From assembly GCA_964626635.1 (NCBI GenBank), contig CAZVFY010000002.1, forward strand, positions 72,415 through 136,414: DNA of 64,000 nt, written 5' to 3'. Positions within the stretch are counted from its first letter, which is position 1; every line of letters starts with the position of its first letter. This document shows positions 57,209 to 64,000 of the stretch, piece after piece. The position numbers were made by a program, and so were the translations under genes. The notes below the pieces were generated by a model. The model ran no database searches. It was not told the origin of the DNA and saw only the letters and a program-made list of their open reading frames with translations. The DNA is from an uncultured Candidatus Saccharibacteria bacterium (GTDB lineage: Bacteria; Patescibacteriota; Minisyncoccia; Phycocordibacterales; UBA918).

Positions 57209-57643
57209 ATGTTGATCGGCGAGCACAAGCATACGTTGGATCCCAAGAAACGGCTGTCTTTGCCCAGCAAATGGCGCAAAGAACTTGGGAAAACGCTCGT
57301 CGTGACACGAGGGCTAGACAACTGTCTCTTTGTGTACACGCTACCCGAATGGCAAAAGATCACCGACAAGGTATCTGAACTGCCGCTTGGGTCAGCGGAT
57401 ACACGAAGTTTCAATCGCTTCTTTTTATCAGGCGCGGTTGAAGTTGAAGTCGATAGTGCCGGACGCATTCTCGTACCAGATTTCCTGAAGCAATTTGCAC
57501 AGCTCGATACCAAAGTTGTATTGGCGGGCGTGCATTCTCGCATCGAAATTTGGGACGAGGAAAAGTGGGAAGCCTACACTGCCAGCATGGAACGCGATGC
57601 GGATACGCTCGCCGAAAAGCTCAGTGAGATTGGCGTCTTATAA
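57209..57643 (+). CDS. mraZ: Transcriptional regulator MraZ
   Basis: MLIGEHKHTLDPKKRLSLPSKWRKELGKTLVVTRGLDNCLFVYTLPEW. Tandem MraZ/SpoVT-AbrB-type halves. Confidence 0.85.
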   Translation: MLIGEHKHTLDPKKRLSLPSKWRKELGKTLVVTRGLDNCLFVYTLPEWQKITDKVSELPLGSADTRSFNRFFLSGAVEVEVDSAGRILVPDFLKQFAQLDTKVVLAGVHSRIEIWDEEKWEAYTASMERDADTLAEKLSEIGVL

Positions 57644-57678
57644 GCCATCAATTAATTCCGAACAACCAGTCGCGAGTC

Positions 57679-58572
57679 ATGTCACACCAAACTGTTCTAC
57701 TCCACGAAGCTGTCGCTGCACTGCGCATCAAGTCAGGCGACACCGTAGTAGACGCAACGTTTGGGGCTGGCGGGCACGCCACACTCATGAGTGAGCAGGT
57801 TGGTCCAGACGGTAGGTTGATCGGATTAGACGTCGATGCGACCGCCCTGCGTCAGCACCCGCTCGACCATTATTCCAATACCACACTGGTGAACAGCAAC
57901 TTTGCCGATCTGACAGACACCCTTCGTTCTTTAGAGATAGAAAACGTGGCCGGTATCCTGGCTGATCTGGGGTGGCGGACTGAACAGTTCCTCACGCCTC
58001 CTGGCCAGACAGGCAAGGGCTTCTCGTTCCGCGAGGATGAGCCGCTACTGATGACGCTTGGTGATCCGGCTGCATACTCGTTTACCGCAGCGGATATTGT
58101 CAACGACTGGGACGAAGAAGTGCTGGCGAACATTATCTACGGCTATGGCGAAGAGCGCCAAGCCAGACGGATCGCGGCACACATCATCGACGCCCGCGCC
58201 AAAACGCCGATCAGTAGCAGCTTGCAGCTGGCTGAAATCGTAGCTGGCGCCATCCCAAAACGGTTTCATAACCCACGGGTGCATCCAGCCACCAAAACCT
58301 TCCAGGCGATCCGGATTGCGGTCAATGACGAGTTAGGAGTACTAGAGCGCTTCTTACTCGCTGCCAGTCAAGTACTGGATCACGATGGCCGGTTGGCCAT
58401 CATCACGTTCCATTCGTTAGAAGATCGGCTGGTCAAGCATACGTTCCGCGCGTGGGCGGATCGAGAGATCGGTACTGTCATCACCAAAAAGCCGATCACA
58501 CCCACCAAAGAAGAGATCGCTGCCAACCCTCGGGCCCGCAGCGCCAAACTCAGAATATTTGCCCATTACTAA
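57679..58572 (+). CDS. rsmH: 16S rRNA (cytosine1402-N4)-methyltransferase
   Basis: LLHEAVAALRIKSGDTVVDATFGAGGHA. 297 aa. Confidence 0.9.
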   Translation: MSHQTVLLHEAVAALRIKSGDTVVDATFGAGGHATLMSEQVGPDGRLIGLDVDATALRQHPLDHYSNTTLVNSNFADLTDTLRSLEIENVAGILADLGWRTEQFLTPPGQTGKGFSFREDEPLLMTLGDPAAYSFTAADIVNDWDEEVLANIIYGYGEERQARRIAAHIIDARAKTPISSSLQLAEIVAGAIPKRFHNPRVHPATKTFQAIRIAVNDELGVLERFLLAASQVLDHDGRLAIITFHSLEDRLVKHTFRAWADREIGTVITKKPITPTKEEIAANPRARSAKLRIFAHY

Positions 58573-58583
58573 TAGTCGCGCCT

Positions 58584-58898
58584 ATGCCTCCACATATTGC
58601 CTCCACCATTTTACATACAAAAACCGCAGCCGTAGTCCTGGGTTTTCTGGTGATCGTTTCATCTGTTTTGTACGTGTATTTTCTTAATAGTGCAGTCGTA
58701 CTGGCGGTCATGGAAAAGCAGCATCGCTACGACATCCAAGATACCAAAACCAAGATTGCCGAACTGGAAACGAGGTATATCACGGCCCAACACTCGGTCA
58801 CCAAGCGCATGGCCGAAGTGTCTGTCCTCGTCGTATCCGACCAGAAAACCTTCGTCAAGCGTGACGGCGGCGATAGTCTTGTGTTACAACAGAGGTAA
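58584..58898 (+). CDS. ftsL: FtsL-like cell division protein
   Basis: Internal Met start (MPPHIASTILHTKTAAVVLGFLVIVSSVLYVYFL). Single TM plus a short coiled coil. Position between rsmH and ftsI. Confidence 0.5.
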   Translation: MPPHIASTILHTKTAAVVLGFLVIVSSVLYVYFLNSAVVLAVMEKQHRYDIQDTKTKIAELETRYITAQHSVTKRMAEVSVLVVSDQKTFVKRDGGDSLVLQQR

Positions 58899-58906
58899 TC
58901 TGAATT

Positions 58907-60625
58907 ATGCGCAAACGTGACCGCACTATCCGAATACGAGTCGTGGCTGGGGTGCTGTGCGTGGTCGCACTATTCCTAGTGTCCCGCAGTTACTACATAC
59001 AAGTCGCCCGCGGCGCCGAATTCTCGGTCGAGGCGAACAACCAATACGTGCATAGCAGTAGCGGCCAGTACACGAGAGGGTCGATTTATTACACAACGCG
59101 TACTGGCGAGCGATTGTCGGCGGCCTCGTTGCGTGCAGGCTACACGGTCGCGGTCAATCCCCAAAAAGTTATTGATGCTACCGAGCTGTGTCAGCAGCTA
59201 GTAGCGGTGCTACCAGTTGAACGCGATGTCTGTGTGCGGCGCAGTACCCTGCCGCAGCGCACCTACGTCGAACTAGCGACCCGGATTGACGAGGAAACGA
59301 GTAACATCGTCCGTACCATCGAATCAAGCGCCCTGCACATCGTACCGGTGCAGTGGCGGTACTATCCGGGCGGGGAATTATCGTCAAGAGTAGTGGGATT
59401 CGTTGGACACACCAATGATTCCGAGGAACTTCGTGGACTTTACGGTCTCGAGCGAGAATACGATGACACACTATTCCAGACCAGTAACTTGCGCCGCGTC
59501 AATCACTTTGCCAAGTTGTTCTCGGATCTTGGCGAATACGTACCCAATCAAAAGGGTGTGGGCGTCGGTGACATCGTCACTACTCTCGAACCAACGGTAT
59601 CCAGAATGCTCGAGTCAACACTGCAACAGACTCACGAGCAATACGACAGCCAACTAACCGGCGCGATCATCATGCGGCCTGATACTGGCGCGATTGTCGC
59701 CATGAGCGCGGTGCCTGGATTTGACGCCAATGACCGAGCGGGTGCCACCATCGATCAGTTCCGTAATCCGCTGGTCGAGAATGTCTACGAATTTGGCTCG
59801 ACCATCAAGGCTTTGACGGTGGCGGCTGGTCTCGACGGAGCGGTCATCACGCCCCGCAGTACCTACGTAGATGCGGGTTCGCTGTCGCTTGACGGGTTTA
59901 CGATTCACAATTTTGACGGTCGCGCTCGGGGGGAAGTGCTCGTCCAAGAAATCCTCAGCCAGTCCCTCAATACAGGAGTGTCACACATTGTGCAGTTACT
60001 TGGCAAAGAACGATTCCGTGAATACTTTCTGAGGTTTGGGCTCGGTGAGCGGTCTGGGGTAGACTTGCCGAACGAGGCGCCCGGACTCGTCGACAACCTC
60101 TACGCCAACACTGATGTCGAGTACGCTACGGCATCATTCGGGCAGGGGATCGCGGTGTCACCAGTGGCGGCGACGCGTGCCCTCGCATCACTAGCGAACG
60201 GGGGATATTTGGTTACGCCGCATATCGGTCACGAAATCGCGCTAGATACCGGATTGACGGAAACCCTCGAGCAGCCAGAGTCAACCCAAGTGTTGTCGGC
60301 TAGGGCTAGTGACGAGATATCCCGGATGCTCGTCACGGTAGTAGACGAAGCGCTGCGCGGTGGCGGCGTGGCTCTACCCAATCACACGATTGCCGCTAAA
60401 ACTGGTACGGCCCAGATACCTGACCCGGTCAATGGTGGATATTACGAAGACAAATTCCTACACTCGTTTTTTGGGTACTTTCCGGCCTATGATCCAGAAT
60501 TCATTGTCTTTTTATATACAGTCGAGCCGCAGGGTGTACGGTACGCGTCGGAAACGCTGACTGAACCGTTTATGACGATGACTGAATTCCTGATAAACTA
60601 CTACACAATACCCCCTGATCGATAA
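58907..60625 (+). CDS. ftsI: Cell-division penicillin-binding protein (FtsI/PBP3-like transpeptidase)
   Basis: SxxK (STIKALT), SxN (SLN), KTG (KTGTAQ). N-terminal TM. Confidence 0.8.
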   Translation: MRKRDRTIRIRVVAGVLCVVALFLVSRSYYIQVARGAEFSVEANNQYVHSSSGQYTRGSIYYTTRTGERLSAASLRAGYTVAVNPQKVIDATELCQQLVAVLPVERDVCVRRSTLPQRTYVELATRIDEETSNIVRTIESSALHIVPVQWRYYPGGELSSRVVGFVGHTNDSEELRGLYGLEREYDDTLFQTSNLRRVNHFAKLFSDLGEYVPNQKGVGVGDIVTTLEPTVSRMLESTLQQTHEQYDSQLTGAIIMRPDTGAIVAMSAVPGFDANDRAGATIDQFRNPLVENVYEFGSTIKALTVAAGLDGAVITPRSTYVDAGSLSLDGFTIHNFDGRARGEVLVQEILSQSLNTGVSHIVQLLGKERFREYFLRFGLGERSGVDLPNEAPGLVDNLYANTDVEYATASFGQGIAVSPVAATRALASLANGGYLVTPHIGHEIALDTGLTETLEQPESTQVLSARASDEISRMLVTVVDEALRGGGVALPNHTIAAKTGTAQIPDPVNGGYYEDKFLHSFFGYFPAYDPEFIVFLYTVEPQGVRYASETLTEPFMTMTEFLINYYTIPPDR

Positions 60626-60634
60626 TAGTGATGT

Positions 60635-61924
60635 ATGAAAAATCTTTTTAAACAGCTGGTAATTACAGTATTGCAATGGGAGGCCCGGCTGGTGCTGCGC
60701 CGCCACCGGCCGACCGTCGTCTGTATCACCGGTAGTGTCGGCAAAACCACCACCAAAGACGCCATCTACGCCGCTGTCAGTGACTCCGTACCGGCTCGCA
60801 AAAGCGAAAAAAGCTACAACTCTGAATTTGGGGTGCCGCTCACCGTATTGGGGCTGCGCAACGGCTGGAATAATCCTTTCTTGTGGGTATTGATTCTGAT
60901 TGAGGGGGCTGTGGTGGCGCTATTTTCTAGGCGGTATCCAGCCGTACTGATATTAGAAACTGGCGTTGATCACCCCGGTGATATGCAGCGCCTCACCAGC
61001 TGGCTGACACCGGACGTGGTCGTGCTGACCAGGTTCCCGACGGTGCCTGTCCACGTCGAGCAGTTCGACGGCCCAGAATACGTGATCGAGGAGAAAATGG
61101 ATTTGCCTCGTGCCTTGCGCCAGAATGGTGTGCTCATTATTAACGCCGATGATGATCTGGTGATGAACGCAGCCAAAGAAATACGTCAGACGCACATCAC
61201 GTACGGACGCTATCGCGAGGCGGCAGTCCGCACCACTGACGTCAGTCTGACCTACGTCGACAATCGCCCGGCCGGCACCAAATTTACCATCACCAGTCCG
61301 TCTGGCGCAGCGGACGTAGTCATCAATGGTGTGCTCGGGGAGCAGCAAGCATACGCCGCAGCGGCAGCCGCTGCAGTCGCTGGTCATCTAGGAGTGACAA
61401 TGCCGGACGCTGCCGCCGGACTGGGGACGCTCGTGCCTCCCCGTGGCCGTATGCGAGTCTTACCTGGATTGAAGGGTACCACCCTGATTGATGATACCTA
61501 CAACTCTTCACCTGCGGCTGCTGTCCACGCTCTTGAGACCTTGGCCAAGATCAAACACGCCAAACGACGCATCGTCGTGATGGGAGACATGCTGGAACTT
61601 GGACGTTTCTCCAAAGAAGAGCACCTAGCGATCGGCAAGACGGTCGCCACTGTCGGCGACGTGCTGCTGACGGTCGGGGTACGGGCCCGCGGCGTGGCGC
61701 GCGGCGCGCTCAATCACGGTATGGACGAAGCCAATATATTGCAATACGAAAAGACTGACCGCGCTGGCCGCGAGCTGCAAACTCTGTTGCAGCCGGGCGA
61801 TGTGGTGTTGGTGAAAGGTTCGCAAGGTATACGAATGGAACGGATCGTCAAAGAAGTCATGAACGAACCAGACCGCGCCAGCGAATTGCTAGTACGCCAA
61901 GAATCCGTGTGGGATAAGCGGTAG
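60635..61924 (+). CDS. murF: UDP-MurNAc-tripeptide--D-Ala-D-Ala ligase (MurF), lacking the N-terminal domain
   Basis: VVCITGSVGKTTTKD, NSEFGVPLTVLGL, IDDTYNSSP, VVMGDMLELG and VLVKGSQGIRMERIV match MurF rather than MurE. 429 aa. Confidence 0.8.
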   Translation: MKNLFKQLVITVLQWEARLVLRRHRPTVVCITGSVGKTTTKDAIYAAVSDSVPARKSEKSYNSEFGVPLTVLGLRNGWNNPFLWVLILIEGAVVALFSRRYPAVLILETGVDHPGDMQRLTSWLTPDVVVLTRFPTVPVHVEQFDGPEYVIEEKMDLPRALRQNGVLIINADDDLVMNAAKEIRQTHITYGRYREAAVRTTDVSLTYVDNRPAGTKFTITSPSGAADVVINGVLGEQQAYAAAAAAAVAGHLGVTMPDAAAGLGTLVPPRGRMRVLPGLKGTTLIDDTYNSSPAAAVHALETLAKIKHAKRRIVVMGDMLELGRFSKEEHLAIGKTVATVGDVLLTVGVRARGVARGALNHGMDEANILQYEKTDRAGRELQTLLQPGDVVLVKGSQGIRMERIVKEVMNEPDRASELLVRQESVWDKR

Positions 61925-61968
61925 CGGGCTAGCTCGTAGCCACGACCAATACTGATCGAGCCAGGCAA

Positions 61969-63102
61969 TCAGTGGCTATGACCGTGTCCGCCCCCGTGTG
62001 CATGACTATGCCCGTGCCGCGAGCCGTGTTTGGGTATGTAGTCTTTTAAAACATAGACCGCCAATACCGTGACAATTGGCACCGTACAAATTAGTCCAAT
62101 ACTACCGACAATCATCCGGACGATCTCGGTCGCGAATAATTCGCTGTTGAGCGCCAGTGATAGACTACTGGCCGAGTGAAAATAAAATAGCAGCAATGGT
62201 AACGCCGCTCCGGTGTACGCCAGCACCAGCGTATTCACTAGTGCTCCGACGTGTTCACGACCCACGCGCAGCGCTCGCCCGTAGACTTCGCGCCGAGTGA
62301 TTACTTTGTTACTGGTAAACAGCTCAGTTACTACAGCTGCCTGAGTAATCGCGATATCATCCAGCACCCCCAGAACTCCGACAATTATGGCTGCCAGCAA
62401 CAACAACGTAAAGTCTATCTGTCCACCCGTGGCAATATTCAATGTGGTGGAACCGTCTGCGCCAAATCCACTGAGACTGGTGAGTGCGACAGCCCACAGC
62501 GCGACCAACATCGTTACGCCGACTGCGATCATCGTGCCAGCGTACGCCACTAGCGATTCACGATTGAAGCCATGCGTAAAGAATATTGCTGCAAACAGCA
62601 CCAGTCCGGCTACGACACTGGCGAGTAGGAGGGGATTGTAGCCAGCGAGAATGCCTGGTAATAAGACGCCGAACACTGCTAGCAAACTACCACCGAGCGA
62701 ACCAATCGACCGTACCCCTTGCCAGCCACTGAGCGCAATGACCGCCGCCACAAACATCAGCGCCAATACGCCTAGTTCGAATCTACGATCAACGTACAAC
62801 ACCCCGTAGGCCTCTGAATTATCAATAAATACGCTGCGTTGATAGTAAAACCGATCGTTAACCTCTAGTCCCAAATAATCATCATTTACCGTAATGACTT
62901 CGCCAGTTTGTTGGCCCGAGAGGACCTGGGCGCGCAGAGTTTGTAGCTGAGTTGTCGTGTCTGTACCGGGAATGATGGTGTCGGTTTGTTCGACGATTTC
63001 TATTACCTTGGCGCGTTCGATCGCTGCAGTGTCTTGATGGACTGTCTGCGCGCTCGCCAGGAAGGGAAATAACAATACTATAGAAGCCAAAGGCATTTTC
63101 AT
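61969..63102 (-). CDS. YibE/F-family membrane protein with a His-rich C-terminal tail
   Basis: Signal-like N-terminus, then an extracytoplasmic domain, then a polytopic TM region. C-terminus HGSRHGHSHAHGGGHGHSH. Confidence 0.6.
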   Translation of the reverse strand: MKMPLASIVLLFPFLASAQTVHQDTAAIERAKVIEIVEQTDTIIPGTDTTTQLQTLRAQVLSGQQTGEVITVNDDYLGLEVNDRFYYQRSVFIDNSEAYGVLYVDRRFELGVLALMFVAAVIALSGWQGVRSIGSLGGSLLAVFGVLLPGILAGYNPLLLASVVAGLVLFAAIFFTHGFNRESLVAYAGTMIAVGVTMLVALWAVALTSLSGFGADGSTTLNIATGGQIDFTLLLLAAIIVGVLGVLDDIAITQAAVVTELFTSNKVITRREVYGRALRVGREHVGALVNTLVLAYTGAALPLLLFYFHSASSLSLALNSELFATEIVRMIVGSIGLICTVPIVTVLAVYVLKDYIPKHGSRHGHSHAHGGGHGHSH

Positions 63103-63170
63103 GACCTCAAGTATACGACATTTGTCTGGGTTAGGTAGCCTAGCCTCGATTAGTGTTGCACAAGATACAT

Positions 63171-63199
63171 TTGCACGGTTATGTACAATATGTTATAAT
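63171..63199 (+). promoter_or_regulatory. Promoter TTGCAC-17-TGtTATAAT; downstream gene leaderless
   Basis: -35 at 63171-63176, extended -10 at 63191-63199, ATG at 63207. Confidence 0.5.
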
Positions 63200-63206
63200 T
63201 GTACGT

Positions 63207-63758
63207 ATGCAAAAAACGCACATCAAAAATCCAGCCATTAACAATTCGTTAGTACTCGTGACTGCTAAAGAACAAGGCAAATTATACGAGATCAAAGGCA
63301 ACACTCTACAGATCATTGACTACGTAGCCGAACACCCACCAGAATATTCTGATAATGAGGGCTACTTTATGCGCTCGGGTGGGGGTGAACTATATGGCAG
63401 CGGCAATCCCCGAGAAGAAGACGACAAGGCCAATCTCGACCGTTTTATCAATGCAATTGAGCAAGAAGCCAGCGAAGCCCTCAAGCGTGGCGCGTACGAA
63501 CGCATCCTGGTCATTGAACCTGAACACCTTAAAGGCAAGGTCGCAGCGCACATCAATAACCCATCCCATCTGCCGGTCGAAGTCGTGGCGTACGGAAACT
63601 ATGTGCAGCATGACCCCAACGCATTGGCCGAATTGCTCGACTGGCATAACAACGAGCAGCTAGATCCAGCCGATCCAGCGTCAGTGGCCGGTGAAGAGAA
63701 CGCCGAAGAAAAGCGCAAGATCCTAGAAACTGCCGAATTACTCCGCAACCAATCGTAA
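63207..63758 (+). CDS. Host-attachment-protein family (PF10116-like, baeRF/eRF1-fold) protein
   Basis: LVLVTAKEQGKLYEIKG ... ERILVIEPEHLKGKVAAHI matches the family pattern. The start was moved to the Met right after the promoter. Confidence 0.5.
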   Translation: MQKTHIKNPAINNSLVLVTAKEQGKLYEIKGNTLQIIDYVAEHPPEYSDNEGYFMRSGGGELYGSGNPREEDDKANLDRFINAIEQEASEALKRGAYERILVIEPEHLKGKVAAHINNPSHLPVEVVAYGNYVQHDPNALAELLDWHNNEQLDPADPASVAGEENAEEKRKILETAELLRNQS

Positions 63759-63760
63759 AT

Positions 63761-63973
63761 ATGAAATTCAATAAAGGCGACAGTATCAAATGGAATTGGG
63801 GCAACGGTGAAGGGGAAGGCAAAGTCACGGAGACATTTACCGAAGAGGTGACTAAAACTATCAGCGGGTCCGATATCACCCGCAAGGCAGATACTGACAA
63901 CCCAGCCTATCTCATCACACAGGACGATGGCGACAAAGTCCTCAAATCCGAATCAGAATTATCAGCTATGTAA
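63761..63973 (+). CDS. DUF2945 / Hva1_TUDOR-domain small protein
   Basis: MKFNKGDSIKWNWGNGEGEGKVTETFTEEVTKTISGSDITRKADTDNPAYLITQDDG matches the KGDxVxWxWG..G.V family signature. Confidence 0.6.
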   Translation: MKFNKGDSIKWNWGNGEGEGKVTETFTEEVTKTISGSDITRKADTDNPAYLITQDDGDKVLKSESELSAM

Positions 63974-64000
63974 TTAATCTCGATCGCGCAGTACTAGCCT

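Overview
This 64 kb window is gene-dense (about 90% coding) bacterial chromosome of roughly 55% GC. It carries housekeeping genes plus several unusual modules. No CRISPR array, transposase or integrase was seen. Most of what it contains is recognisable core machinery: a complete V/A-type ATPase operon in the Thermus-like order G-I-K-E-C-F-A-B-D; five tRNA/translation enzymes (hisS, proS, lysS, fmt-def, frr, hpf); cell-wall and shape genes (uppP, murA, two mreB paralogs, mreC, an mreD-like gene, PBP2, mraZ-rsmH-ftsL-ftsI-murF); DNA repair (ung, fpg, a DnaQ::GIY-YIG fusion, priA, a holB-like gene); an alpha-glucan cluster (GlgA-like GT, GH57, GH15) beside a class I aldolase; and one tRNA-Asn(GTT). 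The accessory-looking parts are the following. (1) A three-gene flavin module: ApbE, a membrane-anchored FMN_bind-like protein, and an RnfD/NqrB-like membrane domain fused to an FNR-type FAD/NAD(P) reductase. (2) An orphan VirD4/HerA-like P-loop ATPase of about 935 aa with no membrane anchor, followed by two long intrinsically disordered proteins. (3) A self-contained mini-gene with a strong promoter, RBS and terminator, and near-100% GC3 codon usage foreign to its neighbours, sitting immediately upstream of an array of phased AAAGTGG (MraZ-box-like) repeats and a long structured mraZ leader. Many genes appear leaderless, with the -10 box a few nt from the ATG. A PriA lacking Walker A, a truncated HolB, the minimal dcw cluster and the short ProRS/MurF forms suggest a reduced-genome lineage, possibly CPR/Patescibacteria-like; this is inference and not assignable from sequence alone.
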